The notes under the pieces are model-generated. The model was given only the letters and a program-made list of their open reading frames with translations, was not told where the DNA came from and searched no databases. The position numbers were made by a program, and so were the translations under genes. Shown here piece after piece: positions 20,628 to 31,580 of a stretch of DNA of 64,000 nucleotides (within the stretch, counting starts at the first letter, position 1; the number at the start of each line of letters is the position of its first letter). The stretch comes from a virus. Lineage: Duplodnaviria > Caudoviricetes. Location of the stretch: positions 158,732 to 222,731 of IMG/VR virus record IMGVR_UViG_3300035498_000530, one strand, 5' to 3'.

Positions 20628-22748
20628 TCACAGCTTTAAAATGTTTGAATAGTTTATATTAGCTTTATTAAATCTATAAAGCCCTATACTATCCAATGGG
20701 AAGTTCTTTATATTATCATTCACAATAGAACTATAATCAATAAACTCGATTATCCATTGTGGTACTGGCTCTCCAATTGGAAGAGCTACAGAATCTATTT
20801 CAGAACTAAACTCAGTATATTCATTCATGAGTTTTATGATTTGCTCATATTTCTTTGGATTATCTACACTGAGATGTGCTATATTTTCTCTATTTATAGA
20901 TACCTTTATGATATCAATAGAATTTCTTGCACTTAAATCTAATGCTTCATATCCTTCATCTCTCAAAGCATTATATACTATACTAGCTTTAATACCTTGA
21001 ATACTCATCGGCTTAGGATAATTATGCATAGCTTTTACTGTTAAAGGCTTATAATAACTCTTATCGCCTTTTTGAAGCTGAGATATTATACCTTTCTCAA
21101 ATATAATAAGCTTCTTTAATACTGTCAATGGATTAATCTTATCAACGTCAAGAATATCATCTTTTAATATCTTTTGAAGTTGTTTCTTAGCACCCTCTGA
21201 CAATGTGTTTTTATTTATAGGTAAACCCATTATTGCTAATGACTTAGACTTAGATACTGGATTTCCCTCTTGGAGTTCTCTGATATCAGCATAGTTTTTC
21301 TTACCATCCGTTGCTAATAATCTCTTGAATAAGAACTCATTTTTCATTATTATCATACACTTATGAGTCTCAGGATCATAGGAATAACTATTCTTTGTAT
21401 ACCTTTCCATATAATCAACTATAAGTGCTGAACCAATATATCCCATTATATTTATAATAGAATGCCTTAAAGAATCTTGCGGTATAAGATATATAGGATT
21501 TTGAAGTCTTTCTTTCTCCAATATCTCATCATCTACAAAACTATAATCTATTTTACCCTTAATTTCTTTAATAGGATTTATAGTTTCGTAATCACCAAAT
21601 TCATCTGCCTTAATAAACTTAATAGGATCATATAGCCAATGGGCTATATGAATATCTTCTTCTTTGATAAGTTCAAGTACAAATCTATACCAAGCATCAA
21701 GTGATATGATATTACTATCTGTATCTGTAACTATATCTATTGCTCTTGGCATTATTTCTACTCTATCTAATCTATCAATATAATGATGACCATAATATAC
21801 ATATTCCTTTACGATATCCAATACAGTATCCAATTCCACTTTGATTTCTTCTGGTGGTTTATTCGGATTAAGGAATGGTTTCTTAAGCATCTTAAGAAGA
21901 TTTATAAGAGATTTCTTCATTGTAGAATTTAGAAAGAAGCTATAAAGATTATTCTTATAATATAATCTATTTATATCTTCTTGTGATAAACTCTCAAGAA
22001 TATTCATAACTATTTGCATATCTTTATCAGTTGGAGTCCAATAGAATCCTGCTGTTGACATAATCTTATACCAACATTCCTCTACTGTTATATCTTCATC
22101 TAAGATATCTAAGTCTTTAAATACTCTTTCATTCTTTTCTCCTATGACGTTATGAATGAATGTAATAATTTCATTCAACGAACCAAACTTTACGTTATTA
22201 GCCAAGAATGATTCAAAGAATAATAAAGATGCAGAAGTATATGATCTACCCTGTGTAGTAGTACTTTCTGCAACATGCAAGTTATAAAATAAACAATTAG
22301 GCTGACCCAATGCACCATATAAGGCATTTGCATCGATCTTTGCCAAAAGCTGAACTAAGTTATATTTCTGAAACATTTCTGATCCAACCGGATACTTAAA
22401 CATTTCTTTTTTAGCTTTAGTTCTATTGTCTATAAACTTCTGTAATAATTTTGAGAATGGATTATCCATCTCAGAATGATGATACCACATAACACCTGCT
22501 GATGTTATGATAGGCTTTCTGTTTTCAAAGTAATTTACAATCTCTAAACCATCTGTATCTACTGTTTGATTTAAGTAGTTATTATAGATTTTGAGACTAA
22601 AATTCTTAAATCTTTTATTAATAGAATAATCTACTGCTGAGTTTAAAGCTTCATACGACATCTCAGGATTATTCAGTTTTAACATGTCTATTGCAATATT
22701 TTTATACCTTTGTATTGCACTAGACTCCAAAAAATCTTGTTCATTCAT
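20628..22748 (-). CDS. Split family-B DNA polymerase, C-terminal part (motifs B and C)
   Basis: KIDANALYG (motif B), TDTDS (motif C), KKNY. No exonuclease domain and no motif A. Late-type promoter at 22774-22785. Confidence 0.88.
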   Translation of the reverse strand: MNEQDFLESSAIQRYKNIAIDMLKLNNPEMSYEALNSAVDYSINKRFKNFSLKIYNNYLNQTVDTDGLEIVNYFENRKPIITSAGVMWYHHSEMDNPFSKLLQKFIDNRTKAKKEMFKYPVGSEMFQKYNLVQLLAKIDANALYGALGQPNCLFYNLHVAESTTTQGRSYTSASLLFFESFLANNVKFGSLNEIITFIHNVIGEKNERVFKDLDILDEDITVEECWYKIMSTAGFYWTPTDKDMQIVMNILESLSQEDINRLYYKNNLYSFFLNSTMKKSLINLLKMLKKPFLNPNKPPEEIKVELDTVLDIVKEYVYYGHHYIDRLDRVEIMPRAIDIVTDTDSNIISLDAWYRFVLELIKEEDIHIAHWLYDPIKFIKADEFGDYETINPIKEIKGKIDYSFVDDEILEKERLQNPIYLIPQDSLRHSIINIMGYIGSALIVDYMERYTKNSYSYDPETHKCMIIMKNEFLFKRLLATDGKKNYADIRELQEGNPVSKSKSLAIMGLPINKNTLSEGAKKQLQKILKDDILDVDKINPLTVLKKLIIFEKGIISQLQKGDKSYYKPLTVKAMHNYPKPMSIQGIKASIVYNALRDEGYEALDLSARNSIDIIKVSINRENIAHLSVDNPKKYEQIIKLMNEYTEFSSEIDSVALPIGEPVPQWIIEFIDYSSIVNDNIKNFPLDSIGLYRFNKANINYSNILKL

Positions 22749-22828
22749 TGAAGTTTCCTCCCTTTCTTTCTTGTATTTAAATGTTTTTGGACCTGTATAA
22801 ACTTAATTAAATCACATTTACTTAGAAT

Positions 22829-22840
22829 AACATTAATGTA
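22829..22840 (+). promoter_or_regulatory. Late promoter AACA-N6-TA
   Basis: AACA-TTAATG-TA upstream of the 145-aa gene and terminase. Confidence 0.7.
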
Positions 22841-22910
22841 AATGGATATTTATATCTGATTCCAAAAATATAATATATAATATTTTAAATTTTTAAGGAG
22901 GAATAATAGT

Positions 22911-23348
22911 ATGGGTTTATTTAATAATACCAAAACTGAAGAAAATATAATGGAAATGGAACTTCAGAATCCTAATGAACTTGCTGAAGCCATGATCCTT
23001 GACGAACTTTCATTCTTGACAGACGATCAGAAAGAAGAATTCGCTGTATCAGAAGTTTGTACAGAGCTTATTGAAGAAGGCCTTCTTAAGAGACAGTCTG
23101 TAGTAAGACTTACAAGAAATGATGACCTTTCTAGAAGAATGAAGCTTGCTGCGTTCCAGCTTGCTAAGGAAAGACAGGATCCACTCTGGTCAATGCTTGT
23201 AAAGAACAGAGTAAAAGAAAGAGCTCTTATTGGTAAAATTATGCAGAAATACCGTGGTCAGGCAGGCAAAGCTGCTAAGGTTTCTCAGAAGACTTATATC
23301 AAAGGCAAGTTGCCACTTTCAATGCTTAGACCTACAAAGATGGGCTAA
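22911..23348 (+). CDS. Hypothetical late protein (acidic N-half, basic C-half)
   Basis: Strong RBS and late promoter. Confidence 0.75.
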   Translation: MGLFNNTKTEENIMEMELQNPNELAEAMILDELSFLTDDQKEEFAVSEVCTELIEEGLLKRQSVVRLTRNDDLSRRMKLAAFQLAKERQDPLWSMLVKNRVKERALIGKIMQKYRGQAGKAAKVSQKTYIKGKLPLSMLRPTKMG

Positions 23349-23406
23349 TACTTAACTAGAGGATGAAGTTTATCTTCATCCTCAATTTTTATATGGAGGT
23401 GTCATT

Positions 23407-25584
23407 ATGCCAAATATTGGATCTCCAATGACATTGACAGTATATCCTCACTTGGAGACTACAAATAAATCTTTTTTAAATATGCATTACTTCTTAAAAG
23501 AAAAAGGAATTAAGAATAATGCATTTATGCTTGCATTATATGATACTGATCTTGCTGGTATTAATCCACACGATCCTGCATTGAATTTTGTAATGAAGCA
23601 GAAGATACATATAGAATGCCAAAGAAACTATTGGTATTTCTTAAGAGAATGTGTAAGAATACCTGTTTCTGGCGCTACTGGTGGTGGTGCTAAATATGAA
23701 CTCCACCGAGGAAACTTAGCATTTAATTTTTGTTCTTGTTTGAATCTTAATATATTCTTTGAGATTCCAAGACAGCAATATAAGACAGTATCTGCTTTAT
23801 GTAGATACTTATATTTGTTTAACTTTGGTACTACTAATTCTGAGATATCATTCTTGCATATACAGATGAAGTACTCTAAGGCAAACTTACAAGCTTTTAA
23901 AGAATTAAGAGAATCTCTTCCATCTTATCTTAGAATGGATCAACAATTCTCTAGTAGAGACGGTCGTAAATTAAAAGCCCCAAATACAACAGAATCATTA
24001 CAACACCCATTTGCTAACAACAAGATTAGAACTGTAGCATCTGCTAGATCAGAGCAAGCAGCAGCAAACCTCCTCAGAGGTCGTTCTCTTCCATTGATTT
24101 GGGCAGATGAGTGGGCATTTATACCATATAACAAAACCATATATTCAAATACAGCACCTGCATTTAAGACTGTTGCTGATATTGCTAAAAGAAATGGTAC
24201 AGCATATGGTATTCTTATTACAACAACTCCTGGATTCTTGACTACAGATGAAGGACTTTCAGCTTTCAATATGAAAGAGAATGCTACTAAGTTTGATGAA
24301 TCCTGGTATGATATGAATTATCAACAATTGACTCAACTACTTGAGGCAAATGTAAATTCAGATTTCGTATATATAAGATTTACTTATCAGCAATTAGGAC
24401 GTTCAGAAGAATGGTTTAGAGAAATATGCAAACTTATGCTTTCTGGTGGTGCTACATGGGCTGATATCAGAAGAGAAGTTCTTCTTGAATGGTCTAATAG
24501 TGTTAATAATTCTCCATTTACCCAAGAGCAAATGGAAATTGTTTCTCAGCTTACTAGAGAACCTAAGAAGAGAGTACTTCTTCTCGGTAAATATTACTTT
24601 AATATATATCAAGAGATCGATACAAAGAGAGTAATTCCTATAATGGGTGTCGATGTATCTGGTGGTTATAATCGAGATTCATCTGCTATTACTCTTATTG
24701 ATCCAGCCACAACTAAAGTATTTGCTGACTTTAATTGTAATTATATTCCTACGGATGAATTGTCACTTGTTATTTTGGAAATATTAAAGATGCTTCCAGC
24801 TGGATGTGTAATTAATATAGAGAGAAATGGTGGTTTCGGTGCATCTGTCATAGGAAACTTGCTCAAGACTAGAGCAAAGAAATACTTATATTTTGAGATG
24901 AAAGAAAGAGAGTTAGAAGAAACCGTACAGACTATAAGAAGCAAAAAGAGAAAACAGCTTGTTAAAGTATATGGTTTCGATAACACCAAAGATTCCAGAA
25001 ATCTTCTTATGGATATTCTTAGAGATCGTATGGAGAACCATAAAGATAAATTTGTGTCTAAGAAGATATATGAAGAGCTCTTAGGTCTTGAATATAAGAA
25101 AAACGGAAGAATTGATCACTCATCCAATACCCACGATGACCAAATATTCTCATATCTTCTTGCATTATATGTATGGTATTATGGTGTAAATCTTAAGGAA
25201 GATTTCCATATAGATAAACGTGATCTTGTAACTGATAGCGATTCTATAGATGAAGTTATCACATTTGAAGAAAAGAAAACAGATATTCTTAAAGATATGT
25301 ATACTCATCCAGCTATATCTACAAAGCTTAAAGAAATGGAATCTGCTAAAGGTATGCTATATCATGAATGGGAAGCACAGCAGAAAAAAGAAGATGAAGA
25401 AGCATTGAGATCTTTATTATCTCAAGATCATATACGAAGAGTATATGAAGATAAGTATGGATATGCTGAAGGAGAATTAGATAGAGAATATAAGAATAAT
25501 GAGGAAATGATATATAAGAGTATATATGCAGATCTTGATAACGCAGATTATGAATATGATAATATTGATTATCTAGAAGAATAG
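23407..25584 (+). CDS. terL: Terminase large subunit
   Basis: PRQQYKT (Walker A), WADEWAF (Walker B), TTTP, nuclease motifs GVDVSGG, NIERN and HDDQI. Confidence 0.92.
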   Translation: MPNIGSPMTLTVYPHLETTNKSFLNMHYFLKEKGIKNNAFMLALYDTDLAGINPHDPALNFVMKQKIHIECQRNYWYFLRECVRIPVSGATGGGAKYELHRGNLAFNFCSCLNLNIFFEIPRQQYKTVSALCRYLYLFNFGTTNSEISFLHIQMKYSKANLQAFKELRESLPSYLRMDQQFSSRDGRKLKAPNTTESLQHPFANNKIRTVASARSEQAAANLLRGRSLPLIWADEWAFIPYNKTIYSNTAPAFKTVADIAKRNGTAYGILITTTPGFLTTDEGLSAFNMKENATKFDESWYDMNYQQLTQLLEANVNSDFVYIRFTYQQLGRSEEWFREICKLMLSGGATWADIRREVLLEWSNSVNNSPFTQEQMEIVSQLTREPKKRVLLLGKYYFNIYQEIDTKRVIPIMGVDVSGGYNRDSSAITLIDPATTKVFADFNCNYIPTDELSLVILEILKMLPAGCVINIERNGGFGASVIGNLLKTRAKKYLYFEMKERELEETVQTIRSKKRKQLVKVYGFDNTKDSRNLLMDILRDRMENHKDKFVSKKIYEELLGLEYKKNGRIDHSSNTHDDQIFSYLLALYVWYYGVNLKEDFHIDKRDLVTDSDSIDEVITFEEKKTDILKDMYTHPAISTKLKEMESAKGMLYHEWEAQQKKEDEEALRSLLSQDHIRRVYEDKYGYAEGELDREYKNNEEMIYKSIYADLDNADYEYDNIDYLEE

Positions 25585-25676
25585 CTATTCTGGGAAGGCT
25601 TATAGTAGTCTTCCCAGGTTTATTTTATACATATTATCAAACTTTATATTAAAAATTTATATAGGAGGATAATATT

Positions 25677-26462
25677 ATGAGTCAATTTGCATCAAATAAC
25701 TATGAATATAATATTATGACAGAATCAGAAGTATCATCTATATTAGATCATTTTGATGATAATTTATTAATGGATGTCGTCCATAGATATCTAGAAACAA
25801 AGATGAATAATTATATTAGTAGACCAAATATAATCAATAGTCTTGAAAATAATTTTAAGCATTTGCTTGTTACATTCCCTGAAAAGAAAGAGGAAATAGA
25901 ACAGACAAGAATAAACACGTATGAAAAGATTATAGATACATTATGCTCTGAGTGTAATGTATCATTTAATTATCGTGATGATATGGATTATTTCACATGT
26001 GCTCAATATATGTGGGATTTTCTAGCATGTAACTTTAAAGATTATTTAGTTCTTTTCTTTACTAAATTCATTAGTCAGGAAAAAGATTCTATATATAATG
26101 CTCTTAAGTTAGATAAATATAAGAAGTCTAAAGATAGTAGTACAATATATGGTAAGAATAATTATGAAGATCAGCAGATTGCTATTATAGCAGCCAATAT
26201 AGCAGAAGTATTAAATTATATTAAAGGATTTGATATTTCGTTAGAAAATATTTTACACTTCTGCTATGATCGAGCAAGAGCAAACTTTATATCTTCAATT
26301 ATAATTGATAATGATGGTCAGTTCTATACTAAAGTTTATTATACTGCATTGGAAGCAAACTTTGGAGAAGTTATAACGGATCTTAGATTATCAATTCAGA
26401 GAGAATATGCTAATAATCTATCTGCATCATTTTATACTAATACAACACCAACGGAGGATTAA
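25677..26462 (+). CDS. Hypothetical late protein
   Basis: 261 aa; late-type AACT-TTATAT-TA at 25640-25651. Confidence 0.7.
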   Translation: MSQFASNNYEYNIMTESEVSSILDHFDDNLLMDVVHRYLETKMNNYISRPNIINSLENNFKHLLVTFPEKKEEIEQTRINTYEKIIDTLCSECNVSFNYRDDMDYFTCAQYMWDFLACNFKDYLVLFFTKFISQEKDSIYNALKLDKYKKSKDSSTIYGKNNYEDQQIAIIAANIAEVLNYIKGFDISLENILHFCYDRARANFISSIIIDNDGQFYTKVYYTALEANFGEVITDLRLSIQREYANNLSASFYTNTTPTED

Positions 26463-26467
26463 GATAA

Positions 26468-27490
26468 ATGAATAATATATTAGATGAAAAAACAAAGTCA
26501 GAAATGAATGCATTTAAGAAATTGTCAGAGGAAGTAATGGGTACTACTCTTGATGATTTGGAAGAAGAATCCAAACAAGAAGAATATAATGTGGAAATGG
26601 CTACAGAAGAACAGAAAACAGAAGAACTTAAAAATACACTTAGTTCTGATTATGGTTTATCTGATAATGATGTAGCTTCAATGATAAATATAATTAAAAA
26701 GCAAAAACAAGGAAAAGAAATTGAAATGAGAGATCTTCCTTTCTCTATGCAATCTCTTATGTCAAAGCTTTGTGTTGAGAATGGTATTTCAGGTCAGAAT
26801 AATATAAATTCTTTTATTAATGATACGCTTGAGAATATTAATTTTGGTGCTACTGTAGATGCTGAAATTAATAATTTCAATAGTATAATTCAGAAAGAAT
26901 TCCAAATGGATGGTATGGATCTTGTTGGAGAATACTCTACAAAGATGAAAGAATATTATGAAGTAACCATACTTGAAAATGCTAAGAAAGCAGAGGAAGA
27001 TGGTAATATAGAAAATGCTGAAAAACTTAGAAATATGTCTAAAGTATTTACTAAGTCATATAAGTATGATGAAATAATGGAAGCATTTAAGAAAGATAGA
27101 AAAATGAAAAAGAAAGTATTCTCAAAGAATACTGCTTCTACTTATGGTGAATGCTGTCTTAACTATAATATTCTTATGAAGAATCATTCAGATCTTATAG
27201 TAAGAGACGCAGCAGAAGCCGGTAATGGATTATTTAAACATGTAGATACAGATATTACAAATATAGATATAGCTAAATTTATTATAGCTATATGCACTTT
27301 TATTGAAAGATATCTTAATATTGTATCTAACAAATTTGATATGGTTTATGCTTACTATCTTTTAACTCATCTTATGAATCTTAATGAAGCTTCAAAAGAT
27401 AATATAAGTGAATTTGATAAAGAAATTATTAATAATGCTACAAATTGTATTAGAGAGATAAAGAGAGTGGAAGAGGAAACATTAAATTAA
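26468..27490 (+). CDS. Hypothetical protein
   Basis: 340-aa helical ORF in the same operon. Confidence 0.7.
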   Translation: MNNILDEKTKSEMNAFKKLSEEVMGTTLDDLEEESKQEEYNVEMATEEQKTEELKNTLSSDYGLSDNDVASMINIIKKQKQGKEIEMRDLPFSMQSLMSKLCVENGISGQNNINSFINDTLENINFGATVDAEINNFNSIIQKEFQMDGMDLVGEYSTKMKEYYEVTILENAKKAEEDGNIENAEKLRNMSKVFTKSYKYDEIMEAFKKDRKMKKKVFSKNTASTYGECCLNYNILMKNHSDLIVRDAAEAGNGLFKHVDTDITNIDIAKFIIAICTFIERYLNIVSNKFDMVYAYYLLTHLMNLNEASKDNISEFDKEIINNATNCIREIKRVEEETLN

Positions 27491-27513
27491 TAATTTAAAA
27501 AGGAGGTTATATA

Positions 27514-29073
27514 ATGACCGCATTAGATCAAATTCTTAAAGAGGATATGGAATCACAGGATCATATATCAATAATGCTTGATGATAATGAAGGGATAGAT
27601 TCATTTATTTCTGATCTTGAAGCAGAAGAACTTGAAAGTGAGATATGTCCATTATGTGGTAAATCTCTTATTGACTGTGAATGTGAAGATAGTTCAGAAG
27701 AATATTATTATGAAGAAGAACTTCCAGATGAACTTAATGAAATAGATGATAGTTTGTATGAGTTTGCTGAGGTATCATCAAAAAAATCTAATGCCCTTAA
27801 TGAAGCTTACTTCGGAAAGACTAAAGAAATTCTTGAATGCCAATCTTTGTTAGGGGCTATAAGACAAAAATATTCTGGATCTGCTTACAATATAAAGATT
27901 AATACAGATCCATTGTTACTGGAGTTTAATGAAAAAATAGCTAATATATTTGGATTATATTGTTATGAATTATATATTCAGGCTGGTTTAACATATAATG
28001 CATATACTATGCCAATATCATATGCTATTGATTATAATCCTAAAAAGGCATTAGCTAATAAAAATGGATTTAAATATGATAAAGCTGCCAAATATTCTGT
28101 AATGACAGTTATATATCAAGGATTAATGTTTTCAGATAAATTTACCGATGCAGAAATTATGGCAATACTTCTTCATGAAATGGGGCATAATTTTTCATCT
28201 GTAGTTGATGGAGATATTAGAACAATGAATATGGCATTAATAATATATAGCTTATTAGTAGATATAAAGCATATATTAAATAATTTAATACATTTGACAC
28301 CTGCTATGGCTCCAATGGCAATTAAAAATGTTTTATTCGATATTGATACTTATATTAGAAAGAATATTAAACCATTATACTATATTAATGGTATATTTGA
28401 TGATATATCTGCAATAATCGGAGATATTGTAAATAATATAAGTGGTGTAATAGACTTTGCTACATTTGGTACTTTAAGAGCTGGATTAAAAATTTTGGAT
28501 GCTCTTAGAGGACAAATTTTATCACTGATAGTGATGTCTTATAAGTATAAAGATGAGAAAATAGCAGATAGTATTTCTACAGCTTATGGATATTCTCAAG
28601 ATCTTCAATCAGCATTGTATAAGATGGAACAAAATGAAGGCGGAATAATAACAAAGAAAGTACTTAAAGATATTCCACTTATAGGAGCTGTTCAAGGAGT
28701 TTTAGAAATTCCTTCATATGCTATAGTGTATGCTTTAGATGAACATCCTGTATTTATAGAAAGATCAAATTCATCTATAAAGTTATTAGAAAGAGAATTA
28801 TCTAAATCTAATCTAGATCCTAAGATGAGAAAAGTAATAGAAAATGATCTTGATCAATTAAAGAAAAAGCAAAAAGAATTACTTGATTCAGGTAAAGGCC
28901 TTAAAGATAACATGTATGCTAAAAAGATATATTGGTCATGGCTTTTAGGTAATTTTGATGGTGATATAAAGCATAATATATTTGATTCTGATTATGTAAC
29001 AGACAAATTAGATTCATCTTATAATAGAGCACAAGAAAGAAATACAGAAATAAATAAGGTTAAACTTATTTAA
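27514..29073 (+). CDS. M48-like zinc metallopeptidase with an acidic N-terminal propeptide
   Basis: AILLHEMGHNF, EKIADS and a later EHP. Acidic N-terminus with CPLCG...CEC ending at ALNE|AYF. Confidence 0.75.
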   Translation: MTALDQILKEDMESQDHISIMLDDNEGIDSFISDLEAEELESEICPLCGKSLIDCECEDSSEEYYYEEELPDELNEIDDSLYEFAEVSSKKSNALNEAYFGKTKEILECQSLLGAIRQKYSGSAYNIKINTDPLLLEFNEKIANIFGLYCYELYIQAGLTYNAYTMPISYAIDYNPKKALANKNGFKYDKAAKYSVMTVIYQGLMFSDKFTDAEIMAILLHEMGHNFSSVVDGDIRTMNMALIIYSLLVDIKHILNNLIHLTPAMAPMAIKNVLFDIDTYIRKNIKPLYYINGIFDDISAIIGDIVNNISGVIDFATFGTLRAGLKILDALRGQILSLIVMSYKYKDEKIADSISTAYGYSQDLQSALYKMEQNEGGIITKKVLKDIPLIGAVQGVLEIPSYAIVYALDEHPVFIERSNSSIKLLERELSKSNLDPKMRKVIENDLDQLKKKQKELLDSGKGLKDNMYAKKIYWSWLLGNFDGDIKHNIFDSDYVTDKLDSSYNRAQERNTEINKVKLI

Positions 29074-29138
29074 ATATCAGAGGATTGGATATTTCCAATC
29101 CTCTATTTTTTGTCTTAGACAAGCTACCTATAATGATC

Positions 29139-29150
29139 AACATTCATATA
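29139..29150 (+). promoter_or_regulatory. Late promoter AACA-N6-TA
   Basis: AACA-TTCATA-TA. Confidence 0.7.
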
Positions 29151-29172
29151 ATAAAAATAAAGGAGTGATATT

Positions 29173-30720
29173 ATGGCCACTTATCCAGTTAATAGTAAGA
29201 TGAGATGTAAACATCCTCATCCTCATAGAAATGTAATGAGAAGTCCAGATTTTTCTTTTTGTGATGGATGCCATTATGTTCATTGTATCGGTAATGATAC
29301 TAGCTGTATGAAAGATTTTTGTCATAAAGATAATTATATCAATCATCCTCACCAGCATTGTAACTTTGATGATCCTCATGATCATTATGATGATCACTGG
29401 TGTCCATATGATAGATATAAAACTTATCATGGACATATGCATATTGATCCTTGTCATCATGCCCATGAAATGGTAACAACACCAGTATATGATTACGATT
29501 ATGAAAGAAATACATATGTTCCAAATTATAGAGGAGATGCTGGTCTTGTTCTTAATATAGATTATAAAGTAAAGAATACTATTGATATAGATATTACTTA
29601 TGAAAATGGTATGTCTCTTGTTGGAGAAGTATCAGAGGGTGGTACATATGATTTTATATATGCTGACTCTGGTGTTCTTAAAAGAGATGTTGGTATTCTT
29701 AATAAGATTACTGTAACTAATGGTACAGTTCCTGATACTAGATTGGGATATTCTCAGCTTACAGACGTTGCTAGCATATATCTTGAGTTTGATTGTTCTA
29801 GTAAAGGAAATTCTCATATAGTAAATCTTGATATTAATCTTCTTAGGTCTATTGCATTAGTAACAGAAGATGATACTGATGAAGACGAAGTAGTAATCAA
29901 AACTAAAGATGGTACTACATATGAAACAATCTCAGTAGCATTAGATGCTTGTAAAGATGGTGATACATTATATGGTAATAGCAAATTTGAAATCAATGAA
30001 GATTTGACTGTAGATAAAGCTGTTAGCCTTGATGGTTTCATATTTAATAACTCTAAGTTATCATATGATAGTATTGAAACAGAAAATATTGTATATATTA
30101 CAAACAATACATTTAACAATGGTTCTAGTTTAATAACTACTGGTATTATAGATGAAGTTGTTCTTGATTCTAATACATTCACTAGCGATATTCCTTATAC
30201 GGAAGATCTTGGTGTTAGAACTCCTGTAACTATAAATAGTACTGGATCTGTTACTATAACAAATAATATATTTAATAGCATAGAATGCGCATATTATAAT
30301 GATATAGAACTAGATTCAGAAAATGGAGCTTTAAAGAGTTCTACAATAAGTAATAATAAATTTAATGGATCAATATATAATGATGCTATAGTTATAACCA
30401 ATGTAGAAGAGAATGCTTTAATAGTAATTAAAGATAATGTATTTGAGCATTCTGCTAATCCAATTAAGTTAAGCAACTATAGTAATGTAGAAGCTATATT
30501 TAGATTCATTAATAATACATATCTTCATAGTGATACTAAAGAAGAAGATGCTGGATTTATAAATCTTGCACAGATCAACGAAGAGGATTTCTCTAAGTAT
30601 AGTATTTATATTGAAGAGCTCTACTTCAGAGGTCATCATTTAACAGAAGTCGGAACTGGAGAGAAGAGAGTATGGTACACAACTGATACTGAAACCATTC
30701 CTAAGGTAGTATTCTTCTAA
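29173..30720 (+). CDS. Late protein with a His/Cys-rich N-terminus and a pectin-lyase-like beta-helix C-terminus
   Basis: 18 His and 9 Cys in the first ~100 aa. YETISVALDA..DGDTL cap followed by repeated ITNNTF/ISNNKF beta-helix coils. Confidence 0.65.
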   Translation: MATYPVNSKMRCKHPHPHRNVMRSPDFSFCDGCHYVHCIGNDTSCMKDFCHKDNYINHPHQHCNFDDPHDHYDDHWCPYDRYKTYHGHMHIDPCHHAHEMVTTPVYDYDYERNTYVPNYRGDAGLVLNIDYKVKNTIDIDITYENGMSLVGEVSEGGTYDFIYADSGVLKRDVGILNKITVTNGTVPDTRLGYSQLTDVASIYLEFDCSSKGNSHIVNLDINLLRSIALVTEDDTDEDEVVIKTKDGTTYETISVALDACKDGDTLYGNSKFEINEDLTVDKAVSLDGFIFNNSKLSYDSIETENIVYITNNTFNNGSSLITTGIIDEVVLDSNTFTSDIPYTEDLGVRTPVTINSTGSVTITNNIFNSIECAYYNDIELDSENGALKSSTISNNKFNGSIYNDAIVITNVEENALIVIKDNVFEHSANPIKLSNYSNVEAIFRFINNTYLHSDTKEEDAGFINLAQINEEDFSKYSIYIEELYFRGHHLTEVGTGEKRVWYTTDTETIPKVVFF

Positions 30721-30774
30721 TGGATTGATTAATAATTAATGATAATCACATCTAAATAAGGAGGTGAATACTAC

Positions 30775-31500
30775 ATGGCTTATAATGTACCACCATTTCT
30801 TAAAAGAGATGGAGAAGCATTGATATTTAATACTGATGGTGAACTTATTTTCTATGTTCCTGAGTATTATTTCGAATCAAAGAATGCTTCTATAGTAGGT
30901 GAATATGTTAATATTCTTGGAGTATTGGATTATGCTATATTTAATGCTTCAGGAAAATCAAGTGGTTTAAAACCATTTAGATTTCCGACGATGTTTATGT
31001 GTAAACCATCGGAGATAGTAAAAATGAAAGATATTAAACTGACTAAATATACAGAGTCTCAAGATTACAGATTTTTAAAATTCCGTAAAGGAGACGAAGT
31101 AGTAACGTCAGTTAAAGTACCACAAGATGCAGATAATATAGAATTATTGATGCAGTTATTTACAAGTGGTCATATACCAACAACAATAGCATATGATATT
31201 ATGTATGAATATTTCATAGAATCAGCACATCTGAATGGAGCCAACTTTGGTATGACTACTCAGCAATTCGGATTCTTAGTATCTGAAATTTGTAGAGATC
31301 CAAAAGATTTAAGTAAACCATTTCGATTATCAAAATCATCTGATATGTATGGATATAAATGTATTAATATCAGACAAGTACCAAAATTTGTTAGCCCTTA
31401 TACTGCTGTAACTAGTGAAAACTGGGACGAGGCTATGGTTAGTGCTGTTCTTAATGATAAGACAGCTGATGTACCACAGGAAAAAATAATCATGAACTAG
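30775..31500 (+). CDS. Virion RNA polymerase beta' C-terminal fragment
   Basis: LNGANFGMTTQQFGFLVSEICR and SPYTAVTSENWDEAMVSAVL align by eye with the RpoC C-terminal regions (INDKHIEVIVRQM and SFISAASFQETTRVLTEAA). Located in a late operon. Confidence 0.6.
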   Translation: MAYNVPPFLKRDGEALIFNTDGELIFYVPEYYFESKNASIVGEYVNILGVLDYAIFNASGKSSGLKPFRFPTMFMCKPSEIVKMKDIKLTKYTESQDYRFLKFRKGDEVVTSVKVPQDADNIELLMQLFTSGHIPTTIAYDIMYEYFIESAHLNGANFGMTTQQFGFLVSEICRDPKDLSKPFRLSKSSDMYGYKCINIRQVPKFVSPYTAVTSENWDEAMVSAVLNDKTADVPQEKIIMN

Positions 31501-31511
31501 AGGGCTTTACT

Positions 31512-31523
31512 AACATATGAATA
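31512..31523 (+). promoter_or_regulatory. Late promoter AACA-N6-TA (sheath/tube)
   Basis: AACA-TATGAA-TA. Confidence 0.7.
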
Positions 31524-31580
31524 AAAGCATTTAGCTTAATTTTAAAAATAAATTATTTTATTAAAAAGGAGGAAAAAAGA

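Noticed and set aside
23940-24269. 109-aa ORF opposite terminase (and similar short nested or antisense ORFs in the track)
   Set aside because: Shadow ORFs within conserved genes; no expression signals.
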